From positions 449-64,448 of the forward strand of contig JAEUQG010000088.1 in the NCBI GenBank assembly GCA_016789755.1: a stretch of DNA of 64,000 nucleotides, in the 5' to 3' direction. The translations under genes and the position numbers were made by a program. The notes beneath the pieces were generated by a model that was not told where the DNA came from, did not search any database, and saw nothing but the letters and a program-made list of their open reading frames with translations. Below are positions 56,214-64,000 of this stretch, piece after piece; positions within the stretch are counted from its first letter, which is position 1; every line of letters starts with the position of its first letter. This DNA comes from Bryobacterales bacterium. GTDB taxonomy: Bacteria; Acidobacteriota; Terriglobia; Bryobacterales; Bryobacteraceae.

Positions 56214-56249
56214 GTATAGAAACTTAACAAAGAAGCCGGACGAACTCTT

Positions 56250-56915
56250 ATGGCAAAAATTCGAATCATGCTTGCGGACGACCACACTCTGTTCCGCCAA
56301 GGAATCCGAACCCTCATCGCGGCCGAGCCCGACATGGAGGTCGTCGGCGAAGCCTCCAACGGCGGCGACGCTGTGGATAAAGCCGGCGAAGTCCGTCCAG
56401 ACGTCGTTCTGATGGACATCGGCATGCCGGGCTTGAGCAGCTTCGAAGCCACGCGCCAGATCAAGAAGAACCGCATCGAAACCAAGGTCCTCTTCCTCAC
56501 CATGTACGACGACGAAGACTACCTCGTCGAAGGAATGGAAGTCGGCGCCAGCGGCTATGTCCTCAAGGATTCCCCCGCCGCCCAACTGGTCGCGGCCGTG
56601 CGCGATGTCGCCCGTGGCGGCAGCTATCTCAGCCCGCGCATGCTCAGCCAGCTTGTCGATGACTTCCGCTCGCGCATCAAGTCCGCCAACCGCCTGCCCC
56701 GCTTCGCCACGCTCACCACGCGCGAACGCGAAGTGCTCAAAATGCTCGCCGAAGGCAACTCGGTCAAAGAGATCGCCTGCGACCTCAACCTCAGCGTGAA
56801 GACGGTGGAAGCGCACAAGTTCAACCTCATGCGCAAGCTCGACATCCACAACAAAGCGCAACTGGTGCAGTACGCCATCCAGAAGAAGATCATCAAGATT
56901 CCGAACCTGGTGTAG
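56250..56915 (+). CDS. NarL/LuxR family response regulator
   Basis: REC domain (IRIMLADDH...DVVLMDIGMPG...) plus a LuxR HTH (LTTREREVLKMLAEGNSVKEIACDLNLSVKTVEAHKFNLMRKL). Confidence 0.92.
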   Translation: MAKIRIMLADDHTLFRQGIRTLIAAEPDMEVVGEASNGGDAVDKAGEVRPDVVLMDIGMPGLSSFEATRQIKKNRIETKVLFLTMYDDEDYLVEGMEVGASGYVLKDSPAAQLVAAVRDVARGGSYLSPRMLSQLVDDFRSRIKSANRLPRFATLTTREREVLKMLAEGNSVKEIACDLNLSVKTVEAHKFNLMRKLDIHNKAQLVQYAIQKKIIKIPNLV

Positions 56916-57669
56916 CCGCTTCCGGATACTCCACGCTCAGCAGGAGCAACCCGCGCGCCGGGACAGCGTGTCCCAGCTTGCGCCCGCAGCCCGGCTCCAG
57001 CAGCCCGGCCAGATCCGCCGCGGTCATGTTGCCGCGCCCCACCTCCATCAATCCGCCCACCAGATTGCGCACCATGTGCTTCAGAAACCCGCTGCCGCGC
57101 ACACGGTAGATCAGGCGCTCCCCGCTCCGCCACGCCTCGGAGGAAAACACCTCGCGCACCTTCGATGCTCCCAAGGCATCCTTCTCGTCGGCCGCCGCAA
57201 AGGCCGAGAAATCGTGCACCCCTCGATAGACCCCCGCCGCCTCGATGAACTCCCGCTCGCCAAAGACGTAAGGGTGATGGTAGACGTAGTGCCGGTCGAA
57301 GGGCGGGCACACCTCGCCGCGCCAGATGCGGTACTCGTAGGTCTTCGCCACCGCCTGGAACCGGGGATGGAAATCGAGCGCCGCCTCGCTCACCCCAAGC
57401 ACCCGGATATCGGCCGGCAGAAGCCGGTTGAGGGCCTTCAGCAGGTTCGCCGCGGGAATCGGATTGTCCAGGTCACAGGCAGCCACCTGGGCCAGGGCAT
57501 GCACTCCGGCATCGGTCCGTCCGGAGGAGGCGACGCTCACCGCCTTGCCCTCAATCTCCCCCATCGCAGCTTCGATCACTCCCTGGATGGTAGGCAAGCC
57601 CGGTTGCACCTGCCAGCCATGATACGCCGTGCCGTCGTAGGCGATCGTGAAGCGCAGCCGCCGCGCCAT
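56893..57669 (-). CDS. truA: tRNA pseudouridine(38-40) synthase
   Basis: Trimmed to the ATG at 57669: RLRFTIAYDGTAYHGWQVQPG.PTIQG....A.......V.VASSGRTDAGVHALAQVA. ATGA overlap with the pyrE stop. Confidence 0.9.
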   Translation of the reverse strand: MARRLRFTIAYDGTAYHGWQVQPGLPTIQGVIEAAMGEIEGKAVSVASSGRTDAGVHALAQVAACDLDNPIPAANLLKALNRLLPADIRVLGVSEAALDFHPRFQAVAKTYEYRIWRGEVCPPFDRHYVYHHPYVFGEREFIEAAGVYRGVHDFSAFAAADEKDALGASKVREVFSSEAWRSGERLIYRVRGSGFLKHMVRNLVGGLMEVGRGNMTAADLAGLLEPGCGRKLGHAVPARGLLLLSVEYPEAATPGSES

Positions 57670-58262
57670 CAGGCACTCGCGCGCGAGCCGGGTTTGACCA
57701 CCGGCGAGCCCTGCGCGCACAGCGGGCACACCGACGGATCGTAGGTCACCACATGCATCACCGCCAGAGCAACCCGCGGCACGCCCAGGTCTACACGCCC
57801 GCCCGAGCGGTCGATGATGGACCCTGCGCCCACCGCATGCACGCCGGCGGCCTTCAATAACTGGATCACCTCGACCGAACTGCCGCCCGTGGTGATGACG
57901 TCCTCAATGACCACCGCGGTCTCGCCCGGCTTCACCGTGAACCCTCGGCGCAACGTCATCTTCCCGTCCACGCGTTCAGTAAAGACATGCCGTGCGTGCA
58001 AAGCCCGAGCCACCTCATGCCCGATGATGAGCCCGCCCATTGCCGGCGACACGACGACATCGATGTTCCGCATCGGCTCCAGCTTGCGCAGCGCGGCGGC
58101 CAGATTGCGGCCCAACGCCTCGGCGTGCTGCGGATGTTGCAGCACGATGGCACACTGTAAATACTCCGGGCTATGCAGCCCGCTGGTGAGGCGGAAGTGC
58201 CCGTGCAGGTAGGCGCCGGTCTGCTCAAAGAGAGTGAGAGTATGTTGCTGGGTGTTGGTCAC
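57669..58262 (-). CDS. pyrE: Orotate phosphoribosyltransferase
   Basis: GHFRLTSGLHSPEYLQCA...PRPP-binding loop VVIEDVITTGGS. Confidence 0.9.
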   Translation of the reverse strand: MTNTQQHTLTLFEQTGAYLHGHFRLTSGLHSPEYLQCAIVLQHPQHAEALGRNLAAALRKLEPMRNIDVVVSPAMGGLIIGHEVARALHARHVFTERVDGKMTLRRGFTVKPGETAVVIEDVITTGGSSVEVIQLLKAAGVHAVGAGSIIDRSGGRVDLGVPRVALAVMHVVTYDPSVCPLCAQGSPVVKPGSRASA

Positions 58263-58502
58263 GGGGGTAAACGATCCTCAGTATACCATTCGCTTTTTGT
58301 TGCACTGGCGAAGGGTGCAATCCCGGAATCGGACACTTCCCCGCGGCCCACACCCTGGATTCCAATAGGGTTTTCAACAAATCCCGAATGGCCCTCCGGG
58401 TGCGAAGAGTCGTTGGGGTAACATGAGAGATTAGGGAACATTCCGGGTCTTCGTTCCGTCGTTCGATTTCGAGTGCCCTCTTTTTAGCTTTGGGAGAATT
58501 TC

Positions 58503-60455
58503 GTGAACCAGCAGATCGCCGTATTCGCCGTATGGATGTTGCTTTGCACACCGCTGATGCCGGCTCAGCAGCCGGGCGCGGGGCAACCGCAGCAGAGCCC
58601 CACGCAGAGCCCGGGATGGGGCATGAGCGGAGTGAAGGGCTGGCTGGAGCGCTACCGGCCACAGAGCGTGGACCCGATCAGCCTGCGCAACTCCAACCGC
58701 CTCGATTCGCTGGTGCGCGCCGGGCGCCTCTACCTGTCGCTGCAGGATGCCATCGCGCTCGCTCTGGAGAACAACCTCGACATTGAGATCCAGCGCTACG
58801 GTCCGCGCCTGGCCGACACGGAGCTGCTGCGCGCCGAGGCGGGCGGCTTCATCCGTGGTATCCCCACCACGCTCAACACGACCACCACGAACGTGGCCAA
58901 CCAAGTCTCCGGCCTGGGCGGGTTGGGCTCAAGCGTCGGCCGCGGCGGCGGCGGAGGCGGCGGCACCGACACCCAATCGGCGGGCGGCTTCGTCTTCCAG
59001 CAGACCGGAACCACCATTCCGATCCTCGACCCTGTCGTCAGCATGGGCTACGGATTCTTCCACCGCACCACCATCAACTCGAACTCGTTCGCCACCGGCG
59101 TTCCGGCGTTTTCGGTACGCAACAACTCGCCCTACTTCAGCCTGCAGAAGGGCTTCCTTTACGGCACCAACATTTCGCTCGACATGAACACGAGCTACGT
59201 GAACAGCTCCGTGCCACGCGCCGAAATCAACCCGTTTTATACGGGCAACCTGGGCTTCACCGTGAGCCAGAACCTGCTGCGCGGCTTCGGCCTGGCCGTC
59301 AACAACCGCAATATTCGGATCGCGAAGAATGAAATTACGGTGAGCGATCTGGTATTTCAGCAGCAGGTGATCACCACGATTTCCAATATCATCAACATTT
59401 ATTGGGATCTGGTGAGTTTCAACGAAGACGCGAAGGTAAAGAAGCAGGCGCTGGCGCTGGCCGAGAAACTGCTCAGCGACAACAAGAAGCAGGTGGAGAT
59501 TGGAACGCTGGCCCCGATCGAGATCGTGCGCGCCGAAGCCGAAGTGGCGCGCAACCAGCAGGACCTCACGGTATCGGAGACGCGCGTGCTGCAACAGGAG
59601 ACGGTGTTAAAGAATGCGCTCAGCCGCACGGGGGTGTCGAACCCGCTCATCTCGGACGTGCACGTCGTTCCGACGGACTCCATCCGCATCCCCGAATCCG
59701 AGCCGGTGCGGCCCATCCAGGACCTGGTGAACGCGGCCATCGAGAAGCGCCCCGACATGCAGCAGATCCGGCTCAGCATCGAGTCGACGAAGATCGGCCT
59801 GGAAGGCACGAAGAGCCAATTGAAGCCGAGTCTGGACCTGGTGGCCTCGATGCGCAACAACGGGCTGTCCGGCAATCCGCAGTTGATCTCCGTGCCCGGC
59901 GTTCCGGGTCTCGTGCAGCAGGCCAATCCGTTCTTTATCGGCGGTTACTCGGGCGTGCTGGGGCAGATCTTCCGCCGCAACTTCCCCGACTACAACGTGC
60001 AGTTCCAGTTGAACATTCCCATCCACAACCGTCAGGCCCGCGCCGATTACGCCAACGACTTGCTGCGCTTGCGGCAACAGGAGTTGCGGCAGCAATCGAC
60101 GGTGAACAACGTGCGGGTGGAGATCCAGAACGCGCTGATCGGACTGCAGCAGGCGCGGGCCGGTTTTCAATCGGCGATGAAGGCGCGCATCTTCGCCGAG
60201 CAGACGCTAGACGCCGATCAGAAGAAGTATGCCTTGGGCGCCTCGACCATCTTCCTGGTGATTCAGGCGCAGCGCGACCTGGCGGTGGCGCAGGCGGCGG
60301 AAGTGAATGCGTTGAGCACTTACAGCAGAGCCCGTGTGTCGCTCGAACAGGCGCTGGGCGTGACGCTCGATGTGAACAACGTGTCGATCGACGAGGCGCG
60401 CAAAGGCGCGGTGTCGAAAGCGCCGAGCACAGTGCCGATGGGGAACCAGCCGTAG
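58503..60455 (+). CDS. TolC family outer-membrane efflux protein
   Basis: GTG start and signal-like VFAVWMLLCTPLMPAQQ. LSLQDAIALALENNLDIEIQRY is a typical OEP N-terminus. Two repeated helical halves are present, with a Gly-rich insertion (GRGGGGGGGTD). Confidence 0.88.
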   Translation: MNQQIAVFAVWMLLCTPLMPAQQPGAGQPQQSPTQSPGWGMSGVKGWLERYRPQSVDPISLRNSNRLDSLVRAGRLYLSLQDAIALALENNLDIEIQRYGPRLADTELLRAEAGGFIRGIPTTLNTTTTNVANQVSGLGGLGSSVGRGGGGGGGTDTQSAGGFVFQQTGTTIPILDPVVSMGYGFFHRTTINSNSFATGVPAFSVRNNSPYFSLQKGFLYGTNISLDMNTSYVNSSVPRAEINPFYTGNLGFTVSQNLLRGFGLAVNNRNIRIAKNEITVSDLVFQQQVITTISNIINIYWDLVSFNEDAKVKKQALALAEKLLSDNKKQVEIGTLAPIEIVRAEAEVARNQQDLTVSETRVLQQETVLKNALSRTGVSNPLISDVHVVPTDSIRIPESEPVRPIQDLVNAAIEKRPDMQQIRLSIESTKIGLEGTKSQLKPSLDLVASMRNNGLSGNPQLISVPGVPGLVQQANPFFIGGYSGVLGQIFRRNFPDYNVQFQLNIPIHNRQARADYANDLLRLRQQELRQQSTVNNVRVEIQNALIGLQQARAGFQSAMKARIFAEQTLDADQKKYALGASTIFLVIQAQRDLAVAQAAEVNALSTYSRARVSLEQALGVTLDVNNVSIDEARKGAVSKAPSTVPMGNQP

Positions 60456-60519
60456 GCCGCTAACGGGCTGGGTGTAGTTGGCGCCCGGGCGGAGCGGGTC
60501 TTTGGGGTTGAGCAATCCT

Positions 60520-62163
60520 ATGATTCGCCGATGCCTGGCATTGTTCGTGTGCGCGGCAGCGATGGTTTCGCCGCAGGCCGCACAGGCTCAATCGGCGCGC
60601 TTCATCGTTACCGTCCGGCACACCAGGCCCGCGCTGCACAGCCTTCGTGTGCTTGCCGATGGAACCACAATTCACTCGGACGCATACGGGGTCTACCGCA
60701 CGCGCGGGCAGCGCACCGAAACGCTGTTGGCTAATCCGGTGGAAGAAGCACGGTGCATCGCCCGCATGTTCGGAATCTGCTTCTATTGGTCGCCCGCTGT
60801 GTATCGGGTAAAGCCGATGGCCGCCGATTCCAACGGAGCAATCTACATCGCGGACCCGGAGCAGCGGCTGCTGCAGCAATACGATGAGGCGGCCGGCAAG
60901 TTCTTCGCCATTGCGGCAATCGGCGCCGCGCCGACGGCGCTTGCCGCAGACAGCCGGGGCAACCTGTATTTCAACGATCCGGAGGGTTGCCGTATCCTGC
61001 GCCTGAGTCAAGGGGCGATCACGGCGGTTGCCGGAACGGGAACCTGCGGGTACGCCAACGATGGCGGCCCGGCAACGTCGGCTGAACTGCTCTCGGCTAC
61101 CGCCATGGCGCTGGACGCGGAAGGGCGGCTCTATTTCGCCGATGGGAAGGCCGGAGTGGTAAGACGCGTGGACGGCGACGGGATCATCATGACAGTCGCC
61201 GGCATGTCAACGCCGTTGACGGGGTTATCGGGTCTGGCCATCGACGGCGAAGGCATTCTCTACGTCAGCGAAGCGGCGGAGAACCGCGTGCGGGCGATCG
61301 GTCCCGATGGGGTAGCGCGAACCATCGCGGGCACGGGAGTGGCCGGTCACGACGGCGACTACGGGCTAGCCAACGCCGCGACGCTCTGGTCGCCGTCGTG
61401 TCTAGCAGTGACGGCCTCGGGCGCGATTCAGGTGTGCGACTCAGACCGCATCCGAAAGCTGATCGCGCCCGCGCCGGGACGCTGGGTTGTGCCGGTACTC
61501 AATGCCCACGGTGGCCTGCCGCGGACGAGCCCCGGCGCATGGTTGACGTTGCTGGGAGAGTTCCCCGGATTGCGGACGATGGACTGGAGCGGCGCGATCG
61601 GCGCTGACGGCTCTCTGCCGGCGAGTCTCGGAGGAGTGTCGGCGGATATAGCCGGTAAGGCTTGTGCGGTGGCTTATGTGAGCCCAGACCGGATCGATCT
61701 GCTACTGCCGGCCGGCCTCGCCGCAAGTGGGACGGAGACGCTGCGGCTGACCACTGACGGCACCGTGGCGGCGTTCCCGGTCACCGTTGTGACGTCCAAG
61801 CCTGGACTGCTTCTGGGCGCCGGGAATGGGAAGCTCTACGCAGCCGCTCTCACGGCGGATCTACTGTGGGTGACGCCAGAGCGGCCCGTGCGCGGCGGCG
61901 AGACGGTGACGCTGTACGTGACCGGGTTGAACATTCCGGCGCCGCTGGCGCCTCCCTACGATGTCATGCAGCCGGGTGGGATGCAGGTGGTCCTGCGCAG
62001 CTTGGGATATCCGGTGCTGCGAGCGCGGCCCTTCTCGCCGGGGGTTGCTGAATTGACGGTGCAAATTCCAGCCGGCCTGCCAAAGGGTGACGCGCCGGTC
62101 CGCCTGGTTTATGAAGGGCAACTGTCCACAGAGCCGGCGTGGATTCCGCTTGCCGCTCCGTAG
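60520..62163 (+). CDS. Secreted NHL-repeat protein with Solibacter-type C-terminal Ig-like domains (TIGR03437-like)
   Basis: Trimmed to the ATG at 60520 (MIRRCLALFVCAAAMVSPQAAQA). NHL-like blades are present (GTCGYANDGGPATSAELLSATAMALDAEGRLYFAD, GLAIDGEGILYVSEAAENRVRAI). The C-terminus reads SLPASLGGVSADIAGKACAVAYVSPDRIDLLLP.... Confidence 0.8.
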   Translation: MIRRCLALFVCAAAMVSPQAAQAQSARFIVTVRHTRPALHSLRVLADGTTIHSDAYGVYRTRGQRTETLLANPVEEARCIARMFGICFYWSPAVYRVKPMAADSNGAIYIADPEQRLLQQYDEAAGKFFAIAAIGAAPTALAADSRGNLYFNDPEGCRILRLSQGAITAVAGTGTCGYANDGGPATSAELLSATAMALDAEGRLYFADGKAGVVRRVDGDGIIMTVAGMSTPLTGLSGLAIDGEGILYVSEAAENRVRAIGPDGVARTIAGTGVAGHDGDYGLANAATLWSPSCLAVTASGAIQVCDSDRIRKLIAPAPGRWVVPVLNAHGGLPRTSPGAWLTLLGEFPGLRTMDWSGAIGADGSLPASLGGVSADIAGKACAVAYVSPDRIDLLLPAGLAASGTETLRLTTDGTVAAFPVTVVTSKPGLLLGAGNGKLYAAALTADLLWVTPERPVRGGETVTLYVTGLNIPAPLAPPYDVMQPGGMQVVLRSLGYPVLRARPFSPGVAELTVQIPAGLPKGDAPVRLVYEGQLSTEPAWIPLAAP

Positions 62164-62233
62164 CCGGGACTGGCGCAAACCGGCGCGGAAGGCCGCTGCG
62201 ATGCCAACGGCGCTGGGGACAGAGCGGCAGCGG

Positions 62234-64000
62234 CTACTCGAGCGGGGCAGGACAGGACTCGCGGCGGAGGCGGGTGAGGGATTGCCGATCGGCGGCGCTC
62301 TCCCAGAGGGTGCCGCTGAGGGCTGCGTCCCAGTGTTTGCATGCCTCATCGGTGCGTCCTGCCGCGGCGGCCAGGGAAGCTCGCCACAGATGCACGGAAC
62401 CGAGATCCTTATCCTGCATCCACGGGGAGGCGCTGGGCGGAAGCGCGTCGAAGGCAGCCAATGCTTCGCGCACGGAATCGAGATCGGGAACCATGGCCGC
62501 CACGCGGCCCCAGGACATGAGGGGGTAGCGCAGGGAGCGGGTGAGCTGAGCGTTCCCCGGATCGGCACGGAGCATGGTCTGGCGGAGCAGGAAGGACTCG
62601 CGATAGAGAGACAGGGCATCCGTGTTGCGGTGGAAGCGGGCCTCGACATCGGCCCGCGCGCCGATGCTGTACGCCACGTCCAACCGCGCCGCTGCATTCT
62701 CGGGCTGGGCGGCGGAGCGCATGCGGTCGAGGCGCAACGCTTCGGCGGCGTGGTGGCGGGCCTGCGGATAGGCAAGCGAGGGGTCGTTGGAGCGGTACTT
62801 GTGACCCAGAGCGAGGTCACGCCACACCACCTCGTTGGTGGGATCCAGTTGGAGCAACCGTTCGTTGTGAGCGATGCTCGCATCCATGTGGCGGGCGAAA
62901 CCTGACGCACCCGCCGTTCCGGCAGCAAAGAAGTGCAACGAGGCAAGAATGGACAGCGTGGTTTGATCGTTAGGAGCCATCGCCGCCAGTTGTGTGAATC
63001 GCCGTTCCCATTCGGCCCAGACGGCGTTGTATTCCTTGGGGAGGGTCAAGCGGACGAGGGCAAACTCGGCTTGCGCCAGATTGAGGCGGGCAGCGAAGTT
63101 GTGCGGTTCGAGCAGGTGCAGTTCACGCCACAGGGCAACGCTGGCGCGGCCGTGGGTTTGGAAGCCGGCCGCGTCGCCGAGATTGGAGTTGGGGCCGTTG
63201 GCGAGGTCACGGAGGATGGCGTGGGCATGGGCGCGGAGGTGGAGGAATCGCGGCCGCAAGCGCTCGCCGGGCTGGAGCCGTTCGATATCCGACAGCGCTT
63301 GCTGGATCAGTTGGAAGCCCGCCTTGGTGCCGCCGGGAAGAATGACGATTCTGCGCCGGGTGTGGAACAGCATCGACTGGAAGGCGGTGAGCAGATCGCC
63401 CATGCGCTGCTCGGTTTGCTGCCGGCTCTGCCGGGCGAGGTTGGACATCGCTTGGGCGCGCTCGGATTGCTGCCGGGCGGAGAGCAAGGCCGCGCGTTCG
63501 GCGGTGAGCGAGCGCTCCAACTGGCGGGACTTCTCCAGGGCAATGGCTCGCTGGTAGTGTGCCTGCCGCGCCGAGGAGACGGCCACTACGGTCGAGGCCG
63601 CGATGAGGGCGAGGACCGCGCCTGAGGTTGCCGCGGCAAGCCAGTGGCGGCTTAGGAAGCGCCAGGCCCGCTCTGCCGGACGCGGCGGCCGGGCCAGCAC
63701 AGGGAGCCCGGCAATGAGGCGTTCGATGTCGGCGGCGAGATCGGTGGCGCTGCGATAGCGCAGCGACTGATCGGGGTGCGAGGCTTTGCGAACGACGGCG
63801 AGCAGATCGGAATCGAGGCGGGGGTGGGCCGGCAACTCAAACGAGGCGGCAGCGTGGACGGCCTGCAGCAGCGTGAACCCGGACCAGTTGCGGGCGCGTT
63901 CGGCGGTGATCCACTCATAGAGCAGGAGGCCGAGGGAATAGATGTCTGTGGCCGTGCCGATGGGCTCGCCGCGCAACTGTTCGGGGCTGGCGTAGTCGAG
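62234..64000 (-). CDS. Ser/Thr protein kinase with TM segment and TPR-like ectodomain (5' end beyond window)
   Basis: The frame is open to nt 64000: LDYASPEQLRGEPIGTATDIYSLGLLLYEWIT (kinase subdomains VIII-IX). TM segment WLAAATSGAVLALIAASTVVAV, followed by ~430 aa of helical repeats. Confidence 0.88.
   Translation of the reverse strand, partial: LDYASPEQLRGEPIGTATDIYSLGLLLYEWITAERARNWSGFTLLQAVHAAASFELPAHPRLDSDLLAVVRKASHPDQSLRYRSATDLAADIERLIAGLPVLARPPRPAERAWRFLSRHWLAAATSGAVLALIAASTVVAVSSARQAHYQRAIALEKSRQLERSLTAERAALLSARQQSERAQAMSNLARQSRQQTEQRMGDLLTAFQSMLFHTRRRIVILPGGTKAGFQLIQQALSDIERLQPGERLRPRFLHLRAHAHAILRDLANGPNSNLGDAAGFQTHGRASVALWRELHLLEPHNFAARLNLAQAEFALVRLTLPKEYNAVWAEWERRFTQLAAMAPNDQTTLSILASLHFFAAGTAGASGFARHMDASIAHNERLLQLDPTNEVVWRDLALGHKYRSNDPSLAYPQARHHAAEALRLDRMRSAAQPENAAARLDVAYSIGARADVEARFHRNTDALSLYRESFLLRQTMLRADPGNAQLTRSLRYPLMSWGRVAAMVPDLDSVREALAAFDALPPSASPWMQDKDLGSVHLWRASLAAAAGRTDEACKHWDAALSGTLWESAADRQSLTRLRRESCPAPLE

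Noticed and set aside
58263-58502. Calling this intergenic region oriC
   Set aside because: Only the skew polarity and modest AT-richness support it. There is no dnaA or dnaN nearby, I found only one 2-mismatch DnaA-box-like 9-mer, and there is no obvious AT-rich unwinding repeat. It is reported as a skew observation only.
62192-62234. Inverted repeat gccgctgc...gcagcggc between the convergent NHL and kinase genes as a terminator
   Set aside because: The 8-bp stem encloses a 27-nt loop and has no U-tract. It also overlaps the kinase stop codon. This is too weak to call.

Overview
High-GC (~60-65% by eye) bacterial chromosomal segment, probably Acidobacteriota (Solibacter/Bryobacter-like). 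This is an inference from an ADOP-type duplicated FtsX permease with PadR, a Soli_cterm-like NHL protein, many TAT-signal Gfo/Idh/MocA oxidoreductases and a fused SecDF. I call about 52 protein genes. No rRNA, tRNA, CRISPR array, transposase or integrase was recognised. The first 40 kb is mostly housekeeping: a 5'-truncated TonB receptor, rlmA, the rpsB-tsf-pyrH-frr and rplM-rpsI clusters, secDF, aat, prmA, murJ, and sugar oxidoreductase/isomerase genes. The main finding is a five-gene minus-strand module at 40.56-48.54 kb. It encodes an ECF sigma factor (TIGR02999/ECF43-like, no anti-sigma), a transmembrane Ser/Thr kinase with a DUF4384-like ectodomain, a secreted DUF4384 paralog, an orphan exported protein with an internal duplication, and a signal-peptide beta-propeller/caspase (C14) protein with an intact His/Cys dyad. 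Other observations: a 159-bp tandem array (3 full units plus 2 partial) copied from the 3' end of a lytic transglycosylase gene and abutting an aminotransferase start codon; a decayed four-helix-bundle gene in frame behind an ABC-F stop codon; a 540-bp unannotated gap with a possible CTG-initiated small secreted protein; and a top-strand G/C-skew flip at the pyrE/tolC-like intergenic region. Functions are inferred from reading motifs in the translations, with no database search. Gene starts are often uncertain, and the long antisense ORFs are treated as high-GC artefacts.
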